DNA of 64,000 nucleotides from the human T2T-CHM13v2.0 reference genome, Homo sapiens: the NCBI RefSeq assembly GCF_009914755.1, contig NC_060940.1; one strand, written 5' to 3'. The position numbers and the translations under genes were made by a program. The notes beneath the pieces were generated by a model. That model had not been told where the DNA came from and ran no database searches. It worked only from the letters and a program-made list of their open reading frames with translations. Positions 1 through 13,680 of this stretch are shown here, one piece after another (the first letter of the stretch is position 1; each line of letters begins with the position of its first letter).

Positions 1-2005
1 CATTTGACTTCATTTGATGATGATTCCTTTCAAGTTCATTAGATGATTCCATTCGATTCCATTTGATGATGATCCCATTCGAGTCCATTCAGTGATTCCA
101 CTCGTTTCCATTCCATGATGATTCCATTCCATTCCATTCAATGATTCCATTCGATTCCGTTTGATGATGATTTCATTCGAGTCCATTTGATGATTCCATT
201 TGATTCCATTCGATGATGATTCCATTCGAGTCCATTCGATGATTCTATTCGAATCCATTTGATGATTTCTTTTGATTATAGTTGGTGATGATTCCATTGG
301 AGTCCATTCAATGATTCCATTTGATTCCAATCGATGGTGGTTCCATTAGAGTCCATTTAATGATTCCATTTGATTCCAGTCTCTGATGTTTACATTCGAG
401 TCCATACGATGATTCCACTCAATTCCATATGATGATGATTCCATTCGATTCCATTCGATGATTCCATTCTATTCTATTCAAAGGTGATTCCATTCGAGTA
501 CATTAGATGATTCCATTCGATTCCATTCAATGATGATTCTATTTGTGTCCCTTAGATGATTCCACATGATTCCATTAGATGATGATACTATTTGAGCCCA
601 TCCAATGATTCCCTTCGATTCCATTCGATGAGGATTCCATTCGATTCAATTCATTGGTGATTCTATTCAATTCAATTCTTTGATTCAATTCCATTCCATT
701 CGACAATGATTCCATTCGATTTCTTTCGATGATTCCACTCAATTTCACTTGACATTGATTCCATTCGATTCCATTCAATGATTCCATTTGATTCCAGTGG
801 ATGATGATTGCCGTCGATTCCATTCGATCACTCCATTCTGTTCCATTTGATGATGATTACATTCGATTCCATTTGATGATTCCATCTGATTCTATTCGAG
901 GATTCCATTTGATTCCATTCGATGATGATTCCATTCGAGTCCATTCGATGATTTCATTCGAGTACATCCAATGATTCCATTCGAGTCCATTTGATGATTC
1001 CATTTCATTCCATTTGATTATGATTCTACTAGAGTCCATTCAATGACTCCATTCGAGTCCATTCAACAGTTCCATCCGAGTCCATTCGATGATTCCATTC
1101 GATTCCATTTGATCATTCCATTCGAGTACATTTAATCATTACAGTCGAGTCCATTTGGTGATTCCACTGGATTTCTTTTGATAATGATACCATTCAATTA
1201 CATTTGATGATGATCCCATTCAATTTCATTTGATGATGATTCCATTAGAGTCCATTCCATGATTTCATTCGAGTCCCTTCATTGATTCCATCCGATTTCA
1301 TTTCATGATGACTCCATTCGAGTCCATTCGATGATTCCACTCGATTCCATTAGATGATTCCATTGGAGTCCATTTGATTGTTCCATTCGATTCCATTCGA
1401 TTCCTTTCGAAGATTATTCCATTTGAGTCCATTCGATGATGATTCCATTCCATTCCATTCGATGATTCCGTTTGATTCCATTCGATGATTCCCTGCGATT
1501 CCTTTCTATGATGATTCCATTCCATTCCATTCAATGATTCCATTTGAATCTATTCCATGATGATTCCTTTCGATTCCATTCGCTGATGTTTCCGTTCAAT
1601 TCCATTCGATGATGATTCCATTCGATTCCATTCATTGAGGATTCCATTGGATTCCATTCAATGATGATTCCATTCTATTCCATTCAATGATTGCATTCAA
1701 TTCCATTCAATGATTATGCCATTAGAGTAAATTCAACGATTCCATTCAATACCATTCGATGATGATTCCTTTTGAGTCCATTCAATGATTTCATTCAAGT
1801 CCATTTGATGATTCCTTTCAATTCCATTCCATGATGATTCCATTCGAGTCCATTCGATGATTCCATTCGATTGCATTCGATGATTCCATTATATTCCATT
1901 CAACGATGATTCCATTCGAGTCCATTCGATGATTCCATTAGAGTACATTTAATGATTGCTTTGTTTTCAATTCGAAGATGATTACATTGGATTCCATTCT
2001 ATGAT

Positions 2006-2745
2006 TCCATTCGATTCCATTCATTGATGATTCCACCCAATTCCATTCGATGATGATTCCATTCGATTTCAATGATTCTACTCGATTCCATTCAATGATG
2101 ATTCAATTCTATTCCGTTTGATGATTCCATTAGATTCCATTCTATGATGATTCCATTCGAGTCCATTCGAAGATTTCATTCGATTACATTCCATGACGAT
2201 TCCATTCGAGTCCATTCGATGATTCCATTTGAATCCATTCGACGATGATTCCATTTGATGCTATTCGATGATTCCATTGGATTCCATTCGATGATGATTC
2301 CATTCGACTTGATTTGATGTTTCTATTTGAGTCCATTCGGTTATTTTATTAGACTACATTCGATGATGATTCCATTCGATGCCATTCAGTGGTTCCATTT
2401 GATTCCACTCAATGATGATTGCATTCGTGTCCATTCGATGATTCCATTTGGTTCCATTTGATGATGATTCCATTCGAGTCCATTCGATGATACCATTCAA
2501 TTCCATTCGATGATCATTCCATTCGAATCCATTTGATGATTCCACTCAATTCCATTTGATGACTCCTTTCATTCCCATTCGATGATTCCCTTCAGTTCCA
2601 ATTGGATGATCTTTCCATTTGATTCAATATGGTGACTCCATTCTATTATATTCAATGATGATTCCATTCGACTCCATTAGATGATGACTTCATTCCATTC
2701 CATTCGATTGTGATTTCATTCGATTCCATTCGAAGATGATTCCAT
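2006..2745 (+). repeat. Non-canonical HSat2 segment, single copy in the window
   Basis: Contains words not seen in the 6,112-bp unit, e.g. TTCCACCCAA, CGGTTATTTTATTAGACTACATT and CTTCAGTTCCAATTGGATGATCTTTCC. Confidence 0.8.
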
Positions 2746-3260
2746 TCGAGTCCATTCGATGATTCCATTCGATTTCATTCAACGATGATTTGATTCGTGT
2801 CCATTCGATGATTCCATTTGATTCCACTTGATGATGATTCCATTCGAGTCCATTTGATGATTCCATTCAATTCCATTCTCCGATGACTTCTTTTGAGCCC
2901 ATTCAATGCTTCCACTCGATTCCATATGATGATGACTCCATTCGATGAAATTCGATGATGATTCCATTCGCTTGCATTCGATGATGATTCCACTTGAGTC
3001 CACTAGAAGATTCTATTCAATTACATTCCAAGACGATTCCGTTCGAGTCCATTTGATGATTCCATTAGACTCCATTCGACGATGATTCCATTCGAGGTTA
3101 TTCGATGATTCCATTCGATCTCATTCGATGATGATTCCATTCAACTCCATTCGATGTTTCCATTCGAGTTCATTCTATTATTCCATTAGATTCCATTCGA
3201 TGATGATTCCATTCGATTCCATTTGATGATTGCATTCTATTTCATTTGATGATGATTCCA

Positions 3261-3306
3261 TTCGAGTCCACTCGATGATTCCATTCGAGTCCACTCGATG
3301 ATTCCA
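3261..3306 (+). repeat. 23-bp tandem duplication (one monomer)
   Basis: TTCGAGTCCACTCGATGATTCCA occurs twice here and once in other units; landmark spacing is 886 versus 863. Confidence 0.9.
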
Positions 3307-3664
3307 TTCGAGTCCATTTAATGAATATATTGGTTTCAATTCTATGATGATTACATTGGATTACATTCGTTGATGATTTCATTCGGTTCCATTCAATGAT
3401 GATTCCATTCAATTCCTTTCAATGTTTCCATTCAATTCCATACGATGATGATTCCATTTGATTTGATTCGACAGTGGGCCATTCGATTCAATTCCATGAT
3501 GATTCTATTTGATTCAATTGGTTGACATTTCCATTCGATTCCATTCGATGATGATTCCCTTTGATTCCGTTCAAAGATGATTCCATTCTAGCCCATTCAA
3601 TCATTCCATTCGATTCTATTCAATGATGATTCCATTCATGTCGATTTGGTGATTCCATTTGACT

Positions 3665-6600
3665 TCATTTGATGATGATTCCTTTCAAGTTCATTAGATG
3701 ATTCCATTCGATTCCATTTGATGATGATCCCATTCGAGTCCATTCAGTGATTCCACTCGTTTCCATTCCATGATGATTCCATTCCATTCCATTCAATGAT
3801 TCCATTCGATTCCGTTTGATGATGATTTCATTCGAGTCCATTTGATGATTCCATTTCATTCCATTCGATGATGATTCCATTCGAGTCCATTTGATGATTC
3901 TATTCGAATCCATTTGATGATTTCTTTTGATTATAGTTGGTGATGATTCCATTGGAGTCCATTCAATGATTCCATTCTATTCCAATCGATGATGATTCCA
4001 TTAGAGTCCATTTAATGATTCCATTTGATTCCAGTCTCTGATGATTACATTCGAGTCCATACGATGATTCCACTCAATTCCATATGATGATGATTCCATT
4101 CGATTCCATTCGATGATTCCATTCTATTCTATTCAATGGTGATTCCATTCGATTCCATTCAATGATGATTCTATTTGTGTCCCTTAGATGATTCCACATG
4201 ATTCCATTAGATGATGATACTATTTGAGCCCATCCAATGATTCCCTTCGATTCCATTCGATGAGGATTCCATTCGATTCAGTTCATTGGTGATTCTATTC
4301 AATTCAATTCTTTGATTCCATTCCATTCCATTCGACAATGATTCCATTCGATTTCTTTCGATGATTCCACTCGATTCCACTTGACATTGATTCCCTTCGA
4401 TTCCATTCAATGATTCCATTTGATTCCAGTGGATGATGATTGCCATCGATTCCATTCGATCACTCCATTCTATTCCATTTGATGATGATTACATTCGATT
4501 CCATTTGACGATTCCATCTGATTCTATTCGAGGATTCCATTTGATTCCATTCGATGATGATTCCATTCGAGTCCATTCGATGATTTCATTCGAGTACATC
4601 CAATGATTCCATTCGAGTCCATTTGATGATTCCATTTGATTCCATTTGATAATGATTCTACTAGAGGCCATTCAATGACTCCATTGGAGTCCATTCAACA
4701 ATTTCATTCGACTCCATTTGATGATTCCATTCGATTCCATTTGATGATTCCATTCGAGTCCATTTAATCATTACAGTCGAGTCCATTTGGTGATTCCACC
4801 GGATTTCTTTTGATAATGATACCATTCAATTACATTTGATGATGATCCCATTCAATTTCATTTGATGGTGATTCCATTAGAGTCCATTCGATGATTTCAT
4901 TCGAGTCCCTTCATTGATTCCATCCGATTTCATTGGATGATGACTCCATTCGAGTCCATTCGATGATTCCACTCGATTCCATTAGATGATTCCATTGGAG
5001 TCCATTTGATTGTTCCATTCGATTCCATTCGATTTCTTTCGAAGATTATTCCATTTGAGTCCATTCGATGATGATTCCATTTCATTCCATTCGATGATTC
5101 CGTTTGATTCCATTCGATGATTCCCTTCGATTCCTTTCTTTGATGATTCCATTCCATTCCATTCAATGATTCCATTCGAATCTATTCCATGATGATTCCT
5201 TTCGATTCCATTCGCTGATGTTTCCTTTCAATTCCATTCGATGATGATTCCATTCGATTCCATTCATTGAGGATTCCATTTGATTCCATTCAATGATGAT
5301 TCCGTTCTATTCCATTCAATGATTGCATTCAATTCCATTCAATGATTATCCCCTTAGAGTAAACTCAACGATTCCATTCAATACCATTCGATGGTGTTTC
5401 CTTTTGAGTCCATTCAATGATTTCATTCAAGTCCATTTGATGATTCCTTTCAATTCCATTCTATGATGATTCCATTCGAGTCCATTCGATGATTCCATTC
5501 GATTGCATTCGATGATTCCATTATATTCCAGTCAACGATGATTCCATTCGAGTCCATTCCATGATTCCATTAGAGTACATTTAATGATTGCTTTGTTTTC
5601 AATTCGAAGATGATTACATTGGATTCCATTCTATGATACCATTCGATTCCATTCAATGATGATTCCACTCAAATCCATTGGATGATTCCATTCGTGTCCA
5701 TTCGGTGATTTCATTAGATTCCATTCGAGGATGATTCCATTCGATTCCATTCGATGATTCCATTCAATTCCATTCGATGATGATTCCATTCCAGTCCATA
5801 TGATCATTCCATTTGATTTCATTCGATGATGATTCCATTCGATTCCATTCGATGATTCCATTCTATTCCATTCGATGATGATTCCATTCGAGTCCATTCG
5901 ATGATTCCATTCGAGTCCATTTAATGATTCCATTGGGTTCAATTCAATGATGATTACATTGGATTCCGTTCTATGATTCCATTCAATTCCTTTCATTGAC
6001 AATTTGATTCCATTCGATGATGATTCAATTTGAGTTCATTCGATGATTCTATTCGATTCTCTTCGATGGTGATTCAATTCTATTATATTGGATGATTCCA
6101 TTCGATTCCATTTGATGTTGATTCAATTCGATTCTATTCGATGATGATTCCATTGGATTTCACTTGATGATTCTATTCGATTCCATTCAATGATGATTCA
6201 CTTCTCGTCCATTGGATGATTCCATTTCATTCCATTCGATGATGATTTCCTTCGATTCCATGCGACGGTGAGCAATTCGATTCAATTCCATGATGATTCT
6301 ATTTGATTCAATTAGATGATGTTTCCATTCGAATCCATTCCATGATTATTCCATTGGATTCCATTTGGCGATGATTCCATATGAGTCAATTCAATGATGA
6401 TTCCATATGGGTCCGTTCGATGATAATTCCATTTGATTTCATTCAATGCTTCTATTCTATTCCAGTCAATGATGATTCCGTTGGAGTCCATACGATGATT
6501 CCATTTGATTTCATTTGATGATGATTCCATTCGATGATGATTACATTGGATTCCATTCTATGATTCCATTCAATTCCATTCGTTGATGATTCGATTCCAT

Positions 6601-8976
6601 TCAATGATGATTCCATTTGAGTTCATTCGATGATTCTATTCGATTCCGTTCGATGGTGATTCAATTCTATTATATTGGATGATTCCACTCGATTCCATTT
6701 GATGATTATTCCATTGGAGTCCACTTAGTGAATCCTTTAGATTCTACTCGAAGATGATTCCATTCGAGTCCATTCAATGATACCATTCAATTTCATTCGT
6801 TGATGCTTCCATTCAAGTGCATTCGATGATATCATTCGATTCCATTTGATGATAATTCCATTTGATTCCATGCGATGATTCTATTCGATTCCATTCAATG
6901 ATAATTCCATTCAATTCAGTGATTCCTCTGGACTCCATTTGATGATGATATCATTCAATGATTCCATTCGATTCTATTCCAAAATGATTCCATTTGAATC
7001 CATTTGATGATGATTCCATTAGATTCCATTTGATGATTCCATTCGATTGCATTTGACGATGATTCCATTCGATTCCATTTGATGATTCCATTCTATTCTA
7101 TTCGATGATGATTCCATTCGATTCCATTTGATGATGATTGGATTCGATTCCATTTGATGATTTCATTTGATTCCATTCGTTAATGATTTCGATCAACTCC
7201 ATTCGATGATTCCATTTGATTCCATTCGATAATGATTACATCCGAGTCCATTCGATGATTCCATTTGAGCCCGTTCGATAATTCCATTTGAGTCCAATCA
7301 ATGATTCCATTCATTTCCATTCAATGATTCCATTCGAGTCCATTTGATCATTCCGGTAGGGTCCATTCGATGTTGATTCCATTGGAGTGCATTCGATGAT
7401 TCCATTCGAGTCCATTTTATGATTTGATTCGAGTCCTTTCGATGATTCCATTCGATTCCACTCGATGATGATTTCATTCGAGTCCATTCGACACTTCCAA
7501 TCGATTCCATTTGATGTTTCCATTCGAGTCCAATTGATGATTCCATTCAATTCCATTCGATGATGATTCCGTACGATTCCATTCTGTGATGATTCCATGT
7601 GATTGCATTCAATGATGATTCCTTTCGACTGCATTTGATTATGATTCATTTCGTGTTCATTCTATGGTTCCACAGGTTTCCATTCGATGACGTTTCCGTT
7701 CGTGTCCATTCCATTATTCCATTCTATTTCATTTGATGATGATTCCATTCGATTCCATTCATTGGTGATTCCACTCAATTCCATTCAATGATTCCATTCC
7801 ATTTCTTTCAACAATGATTCCATTACTTTCTATTCGATGATCCACTTGATTCCATTTGGCGATGATTCCATTCGTGTCCATTCGATGATTCCATTTGATT
7901 CCATATGATGATGATTCCATTCGATTCCATACCATGATGATTCCATTCGAGTCCATTCAATGGTGATTCCATTCAATTCCATTCGATGATTCCTTCCGAT
8001 TCCATTCGATGATGATGGCATTCGATTCCTTTCAATCATTCCCTTTGATTCCATTCAAAGGTGATTTCATTCAAGTCCATTCGATAATTGCATTCGATTC
8101 CATTCTATGATGATTCCATTCGAGTCCATTTGATGATTCCATTCAATTCAAGTCAATGATGATTCCATTTAATTCCACTCGATGATTCCATTGGATTCAA
8201 TTCGATGATGATTCCATTCAAATCCATTCGATAATTCAATTCAAGTCCATTCGATGATGATTCCAATCGAATCCATTCAAAGATTCCATTCAATTCCATT
8301 CGATGATGATTCCCTTAGATTCCATTCGATGATTCCACTTGATTCCATTTACGATGATTCCATTCGATTCCATGTGATGAATCCATTCAATTCTATTCAA
8401 TGATGTTTCCATTTGATTCCATTGGACCATGATTGCCTTTGATTCCATTCAATGATTCCATTCGGTTCCATTTGATGATGATTCCGTTCGATTCCATTTC
8501 ATTATTCCATTTGATTCCATTGGATGAGTCCATTCGATTACATTCGATGATTATTCCATTCGAGTGCATTAGATGATTGCATTCGAGTCCATTCGATGAT
8601 TCCATTCGATTCCATTCGATGTTGATTCTGTTCAAATCCATTCGATGATTCCACTCGATTCCATTCGATGACTCCATTTGATCCCATTCGATGATTTCCT
8701 GTGATTCCCTTTGATGATCATTCTATTTGATTCAATTCGGTGATTTCATTTCATTCCATTCAGTGATGTTTCCATTCGACTGTATTCGATGATGATTCCA
8801 TTCGACTCCATTCGATTATGATTTCATTCAATTCCATTCAATAATGATTCCCTTCGAGTCCATTCGATGATTCCATTCGATTCCATTCAACGATGATTTG
8901 ATTCGTTTCCATTCGATGATTCCATTTGATTCCACTTGATGATGATTCCATTCGAGTCCATTTGATGATTCCATTC
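3665..8976 (+). repeat. Near-canonical unit, truncated at its 3' end by a non-canonical segment
   Basis: Landmarks are in canonical order, with two 23-bp deletions (~4150, ~6250), a +16 allele (7686-7701) and a +3 allele. Confidence 0.85.
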
Positions 8977-10807
8977 GAGTCTATTTATGTATTATATTCG
9001 TGTCCACTTCATGATTCCATTCAATTCCATTTAATGTTGATTCCATTTGATTCCATTTGATGATTCAGTTCGATTCCTTGCAATGATTCCCTACGATTCC
9101 TTTCTCTGATGATTCCATTCGATTCCATTCATTGATGATTTCATTCGACTCCATTCGATGATGATTCCTTTCGATTCCATTTGACGATGTTTCCATTCGA
9201 GTCCATTCGATGATGATTCTATTCAATTCTGTTCTATTATGATTCCATTCGATTTCATTCAATGCTTCTATTTGATTCCATTCGATGATGATTCCATCTC
9301 TTTCCCTTCGATGATTCCATTTGATTCCATTCAGTGATGATTCCATTTGATTCCATCTGATGATGATTTCACTTGATTCCTTTCAATGATGATTCAATTC
9401 AAGTCCATTCTATGATTCCATTGGAGTCCAAACGATCATTCCGTTCGATTCCATTCAATGGTGATTCCATTCATGTCCATTCGATGAATCCATTCAATTC
9501 CATTCGATGATGACTCCATTCGAGTACATTCGATGATTCCATTTGATTCCATTTGAAGATGATTCCATTCAATTCCATTCGAAGATGATTCCATTCAATT
9601 CCATTCGATGATGATTCCGTATGAATCCATTCTCTGATTATTCCATTCGATTCCATTCATTGACGATTCCATTCAATTCCATTCAATGATGATTCTCTTC
9701 TATTCCATTCGATGATTCCGGTCGATTCCATTCGATGATGATTCCATTAGATTCCATTCGATTGTTGCATTCGATTCCCTTCGATGATGATTCCTTTGAA
9801 TTCCATTCGATTATCATTCCGTATGAATCCATTTGATGATTATTCCATTGGATTCCTTTCGATGATGATTCCATTCGATTCCATTTGATGATGTTTCTCT
9901 TGTATTCCATTGGATAATTCCTTTCAGTTCCCTTCGATGATTATTCTTTCCAGTCAATTCGATGATTCTATTCCATTCCCTTCGATGATGATTCCATTTC
10001 ACTCCATTTGATGATTCCATTCGACTCAATTTGGGGATGATTCAATTCGATGACATTCGATGACTCCATTCAATTTCATTTGATGATGATTACATTCGAG
10101 TCCATTTGATGATTGTATTCCTTTCCTTTTGATGATTATTCCATTCGTGTCTATTCAAAGGTTCCATTCTATTCCATTCAATGATGATTGCATTTGATTC
10201 CATTCAATGATTATGGCTATCGATTCCACTCGTTGATTCCATTTGATTCCGTTCGATGATTATTCCGTTAGATTCCATTAGAAGATTCCATTCGATTTTA
10301 TTCAATGATTCCAATGGATTCCATTCAATGATGATTCCATTCGACTCCATTCAGTGATTCCATTCGAGTCCATTTGATGATTCCATTCTTTTCCATTTGA
10401 TGATGATTCCATTAGGGTCCATTCAATGATTCCATTCGAGTCCATTCGTTAATGCCTTTCGAGTCCTTTTGATCACTACATTCGAGTCCATTCAATGATT
10501 CTATTCGATTCCATTCCATGATGATTCCATTCGAGTTCATTCGATGATTGCATTCGAGTCCATTTGATGATTCCATATGATTCCCTTCGACAATGATTCC
10601 ATTCGTGTCCATTTGATGATTCCATTCATTTCCTATCGATGAAGATTCCATTCAAGTGTATTCGATGATTCCATTCAAATCCATTCGATGATGATTCCAT
10701 TCCAGTCCATTCGATCATTCCACTTGATTCCATTTGATGACTATTCCATTCAAATCCATTTGATGATTCCATTCGATTCCATTCGATGTTACCATTCGAG
10801 TATATAC
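8977..10807 (+). repeat. Non-canonical HSat2 segment (~1.8 kb), long copy
   Basis: Begins GAGTCTATTTATGTATTATATTCGTG. Includes CCCTACGATTCC, GGAGTCCAAACGATC, TTGGGGATG and TTATGGCTATCG, which are absent from the 6,112-bp unit. Canonical sequence resumes at GATGATTCCACTCG near 10808. Confidence 0.85.
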
Positions 10808-13680
10808 GATGATTCCACTCGATTCCATTTGATGATTATTCCATTGGAGTCCACTTAGTGAATCCTTTAGATTCTACTGGAAGATGATTCCATTCGAGTC
10901 CATTCGATGATACCATTCAATTCCATTCGTTGATGCTTCCATTCAAGTGCATTCGATGATATCATTCGATTCCATTTGATGATAATTCCATTTGATTCCA
11001 TGCGATGATTCTATTCGATTCCATTCAATGATAATTCCATTCAATTCAGTGATTCCTCTGGACTCCATTTGATGATGATTCCATTCAATGATTCCATTCG
11101 ATTCTATTCGAAAATGATTCCATTTGAATCCATTTGATGATGATTCCATTGGATTCCATTTGATGATTCCATTCGATTCCATTCGATGATGATTCCATTC
11201 GATTCCTTTTGATGAATCCATTCTATTGTATTCGATGATGATTCCATTCGATTCCATTCGATGATGATTGGATTCGATTCCATTTGATGATTTCATTTGA
11301 TTCCATTCGATAAGGATTTTGATCAATTCCATTCAATGATTCCATTCGATTCCATTCGATAATGATTACATCCGAGTCCATTCGATGATTCCATTTGAGC
11401 CCGTTCGATAATTCCATTTGAGTCCAATCAATGATTCCATTCATTTCCATTCAATGATTCCATTCGAGTCCATTTGATCATTCCGGTAGGGTCCGTTCGA
11501 TGTTGATTCCATTGGAGTGCATTCGATGATTCCATTCGAGTCCATTTTATGATTTGATTCGAGTCCTTTCGATGATTCCATTCGATTCCACTCGATGATT
11601 TCATTCGAGTCCATTCGACACTTCCAATCGATTCCATTTGATGTTTCCATTCGATTCCAATTGATGATTCCATTCAATTCCATTCGATGATGATTCCGTA
11701 CGATTCCATTCTGTGATGATTCCATGTGATTGCATTCAATGATGATTCCTTTCGATTGCATTCGATTATGATTCATTTCGTGTTCATTCTATGGTTCCAC
11801 AGGTTTCCATTCGATGATGTTTCCATTCGTGTCCATTCCATTATTCCATTCTATTCCATTTGAAGATGATTCCATTCGATTCCATTCATTGGTGATTCCA
11901 CTCAATTCCATTCAATGATTCCATTCCATTTCTTTCAACAATGATTCCATTAGTTTCTATTCGATGATCCACTTGATTCCATTTGACGATGATTCCATTC
12001 GTGTCCATTCGATGATTCCATTTGATTCCATATGATGATGATTCCATTCGATTCCATACGATGATGATTCCATTCGAGTCCATTCAATGGTGATTCCATT
12101 CAATTCCATTCGATGATTCCTTTCGATTCCATTCAATGATGATGGCATTCGATTCCTTTCGATCATTCCCTTTGATTCCATTCAAAGGTGATTTCATTCA
12201 AGTCCATTCGATAATTGCATTCGATTCCATTCTATGATGATTCCATTCGAGTCCATTTGATGATTCCATTCAATTCAAGTCAATGATGATTCCATTCGAT
12301 TCCACTCGATGATTCCATTGGATTCCATTCGATGATGATTCCATTCAAATCCATTCGATAATTCAATTCAAGTCCATTCGATGATGATTCCAATCGAATC
12401 CATTCAAAGATTCCACTCAATTCCATTCGATGATGATTCCCTTAGATTCCATTCGATGATTCCACTTGATTCCATTTACGATGATTACATTCGATTCCAT
12501 GTGATGATTCCATTCAATTCTATTCAATGATGTTTCCACTTGATTCCATTCGAACATGATTGCCTTTGATTCCATTCAATGATTCCATACGGTTCCATTT
12601 GATGATGATTCCATTCGAGTCCATTCGATGATTCCATTAGAGTACATTTAATGATTGCTTTGTTTTCAATTCGAAGATGATTACATTGGATTCCATTCTA
12701 TGATACCATTCGATTCCATTCAAAGATGATTCCACTCAAATCCATTGGATGATTCCATTCGTGTCCATTCGGTGATTTCATTAGATTCCATTCGAGGATG
12801 ATTCCATTCGATTCCATTCGATGATTCCATTCAATTCCATTCGATGATGATTCCATTCCAGTCCATATGATCATTCCATTTGATTTCATTCGATGATGAT
12901 TCCATTCGATTCCATTCGATGATTCCATTCAATTCCATTCTCCGATGATTTCTTTTGAGCCCATTCAATGCTTCCACTCGATTCCATATGATGATGACTC
13001 CATTTGATGAAATTCCATGATGATTCCATTCGCTTGCATTCGATGATGATTCCACTTGAGTCCGTTAGAAGATTCTATTCAATTACATTCCATGACGATT
13101 CTGTTCGAGTCCATTTGATGATTCCATTAGACTCCATTCGACGATGATTCCATTCGATGTTATTCGATGATGATTCCATTCAAGTCCATTCGATGTTTCC
13201 ATTCGAGTTCATTCTATTATTCCATTAGATTCCATTCGATGATGATTCCATTCGATTCCATTTGATGATTGCATTCTATTTCATTTGATGATGATTCCAT
13301 TCGAGTCCATTCGATGATTCCATTCGAGTCCCTTTAATGAATCCATTGGTTTCAATTCTATGATGATTACATTGGATTCCATTCGTTGATGATTTCATTC
13401 GATTCCATTCAATGATGATTCCATTCAATTCCATTCAATGATTCCATTCAATTCCATACGATGATGATTCCATTTGATTTGATTCGACAGTGAGCCATTC
13501 GATTCAATTCCATGATGATTCTATTTGATTCAATTGGTTGACATTTCCATTCGATTCCATTCGATGATGATTCCATTTGATTCCATTCAAAGATGATTCC
13601 ATTCTAGCCCATTCAATCATTCCATTCGATTCTATTCAATGATGATTCCATTCATGTCGATTTGGTGATTCCATTTGACT
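10808..13680 (+). repeat. Scrambled unit made of three out-of-order canonical pieces
   Basis: Pieces correspond to canonical offsets of about +3060..+4845 (10808-~12610), +1900..+2220 (~12610-~12930) and +5340..end (~12930-13680). Confidence 0.82.

Larger units (their letters stand above)
10..3664 (+). repeat. Short variant unit (3,655 bp) with the canonical middle replaced by a non-canonical segment
   Basis: Landmarks at +565, +847 and +1288 are canonical. The sequence departs at ~2006 and rejoins the canonical end region at ~2745. The next unit start is at 3665. Confidence 0.85.

Noticed and set aside
8977-10807. Foreign block as a mobile-element insertion
   Set aside because: It is itself HSat2 sequence, with no target-site duplication, poly(A), terminal repeats or Alu/L1/LTR similarity, and the flanks are not contiguous in unit coordinates.
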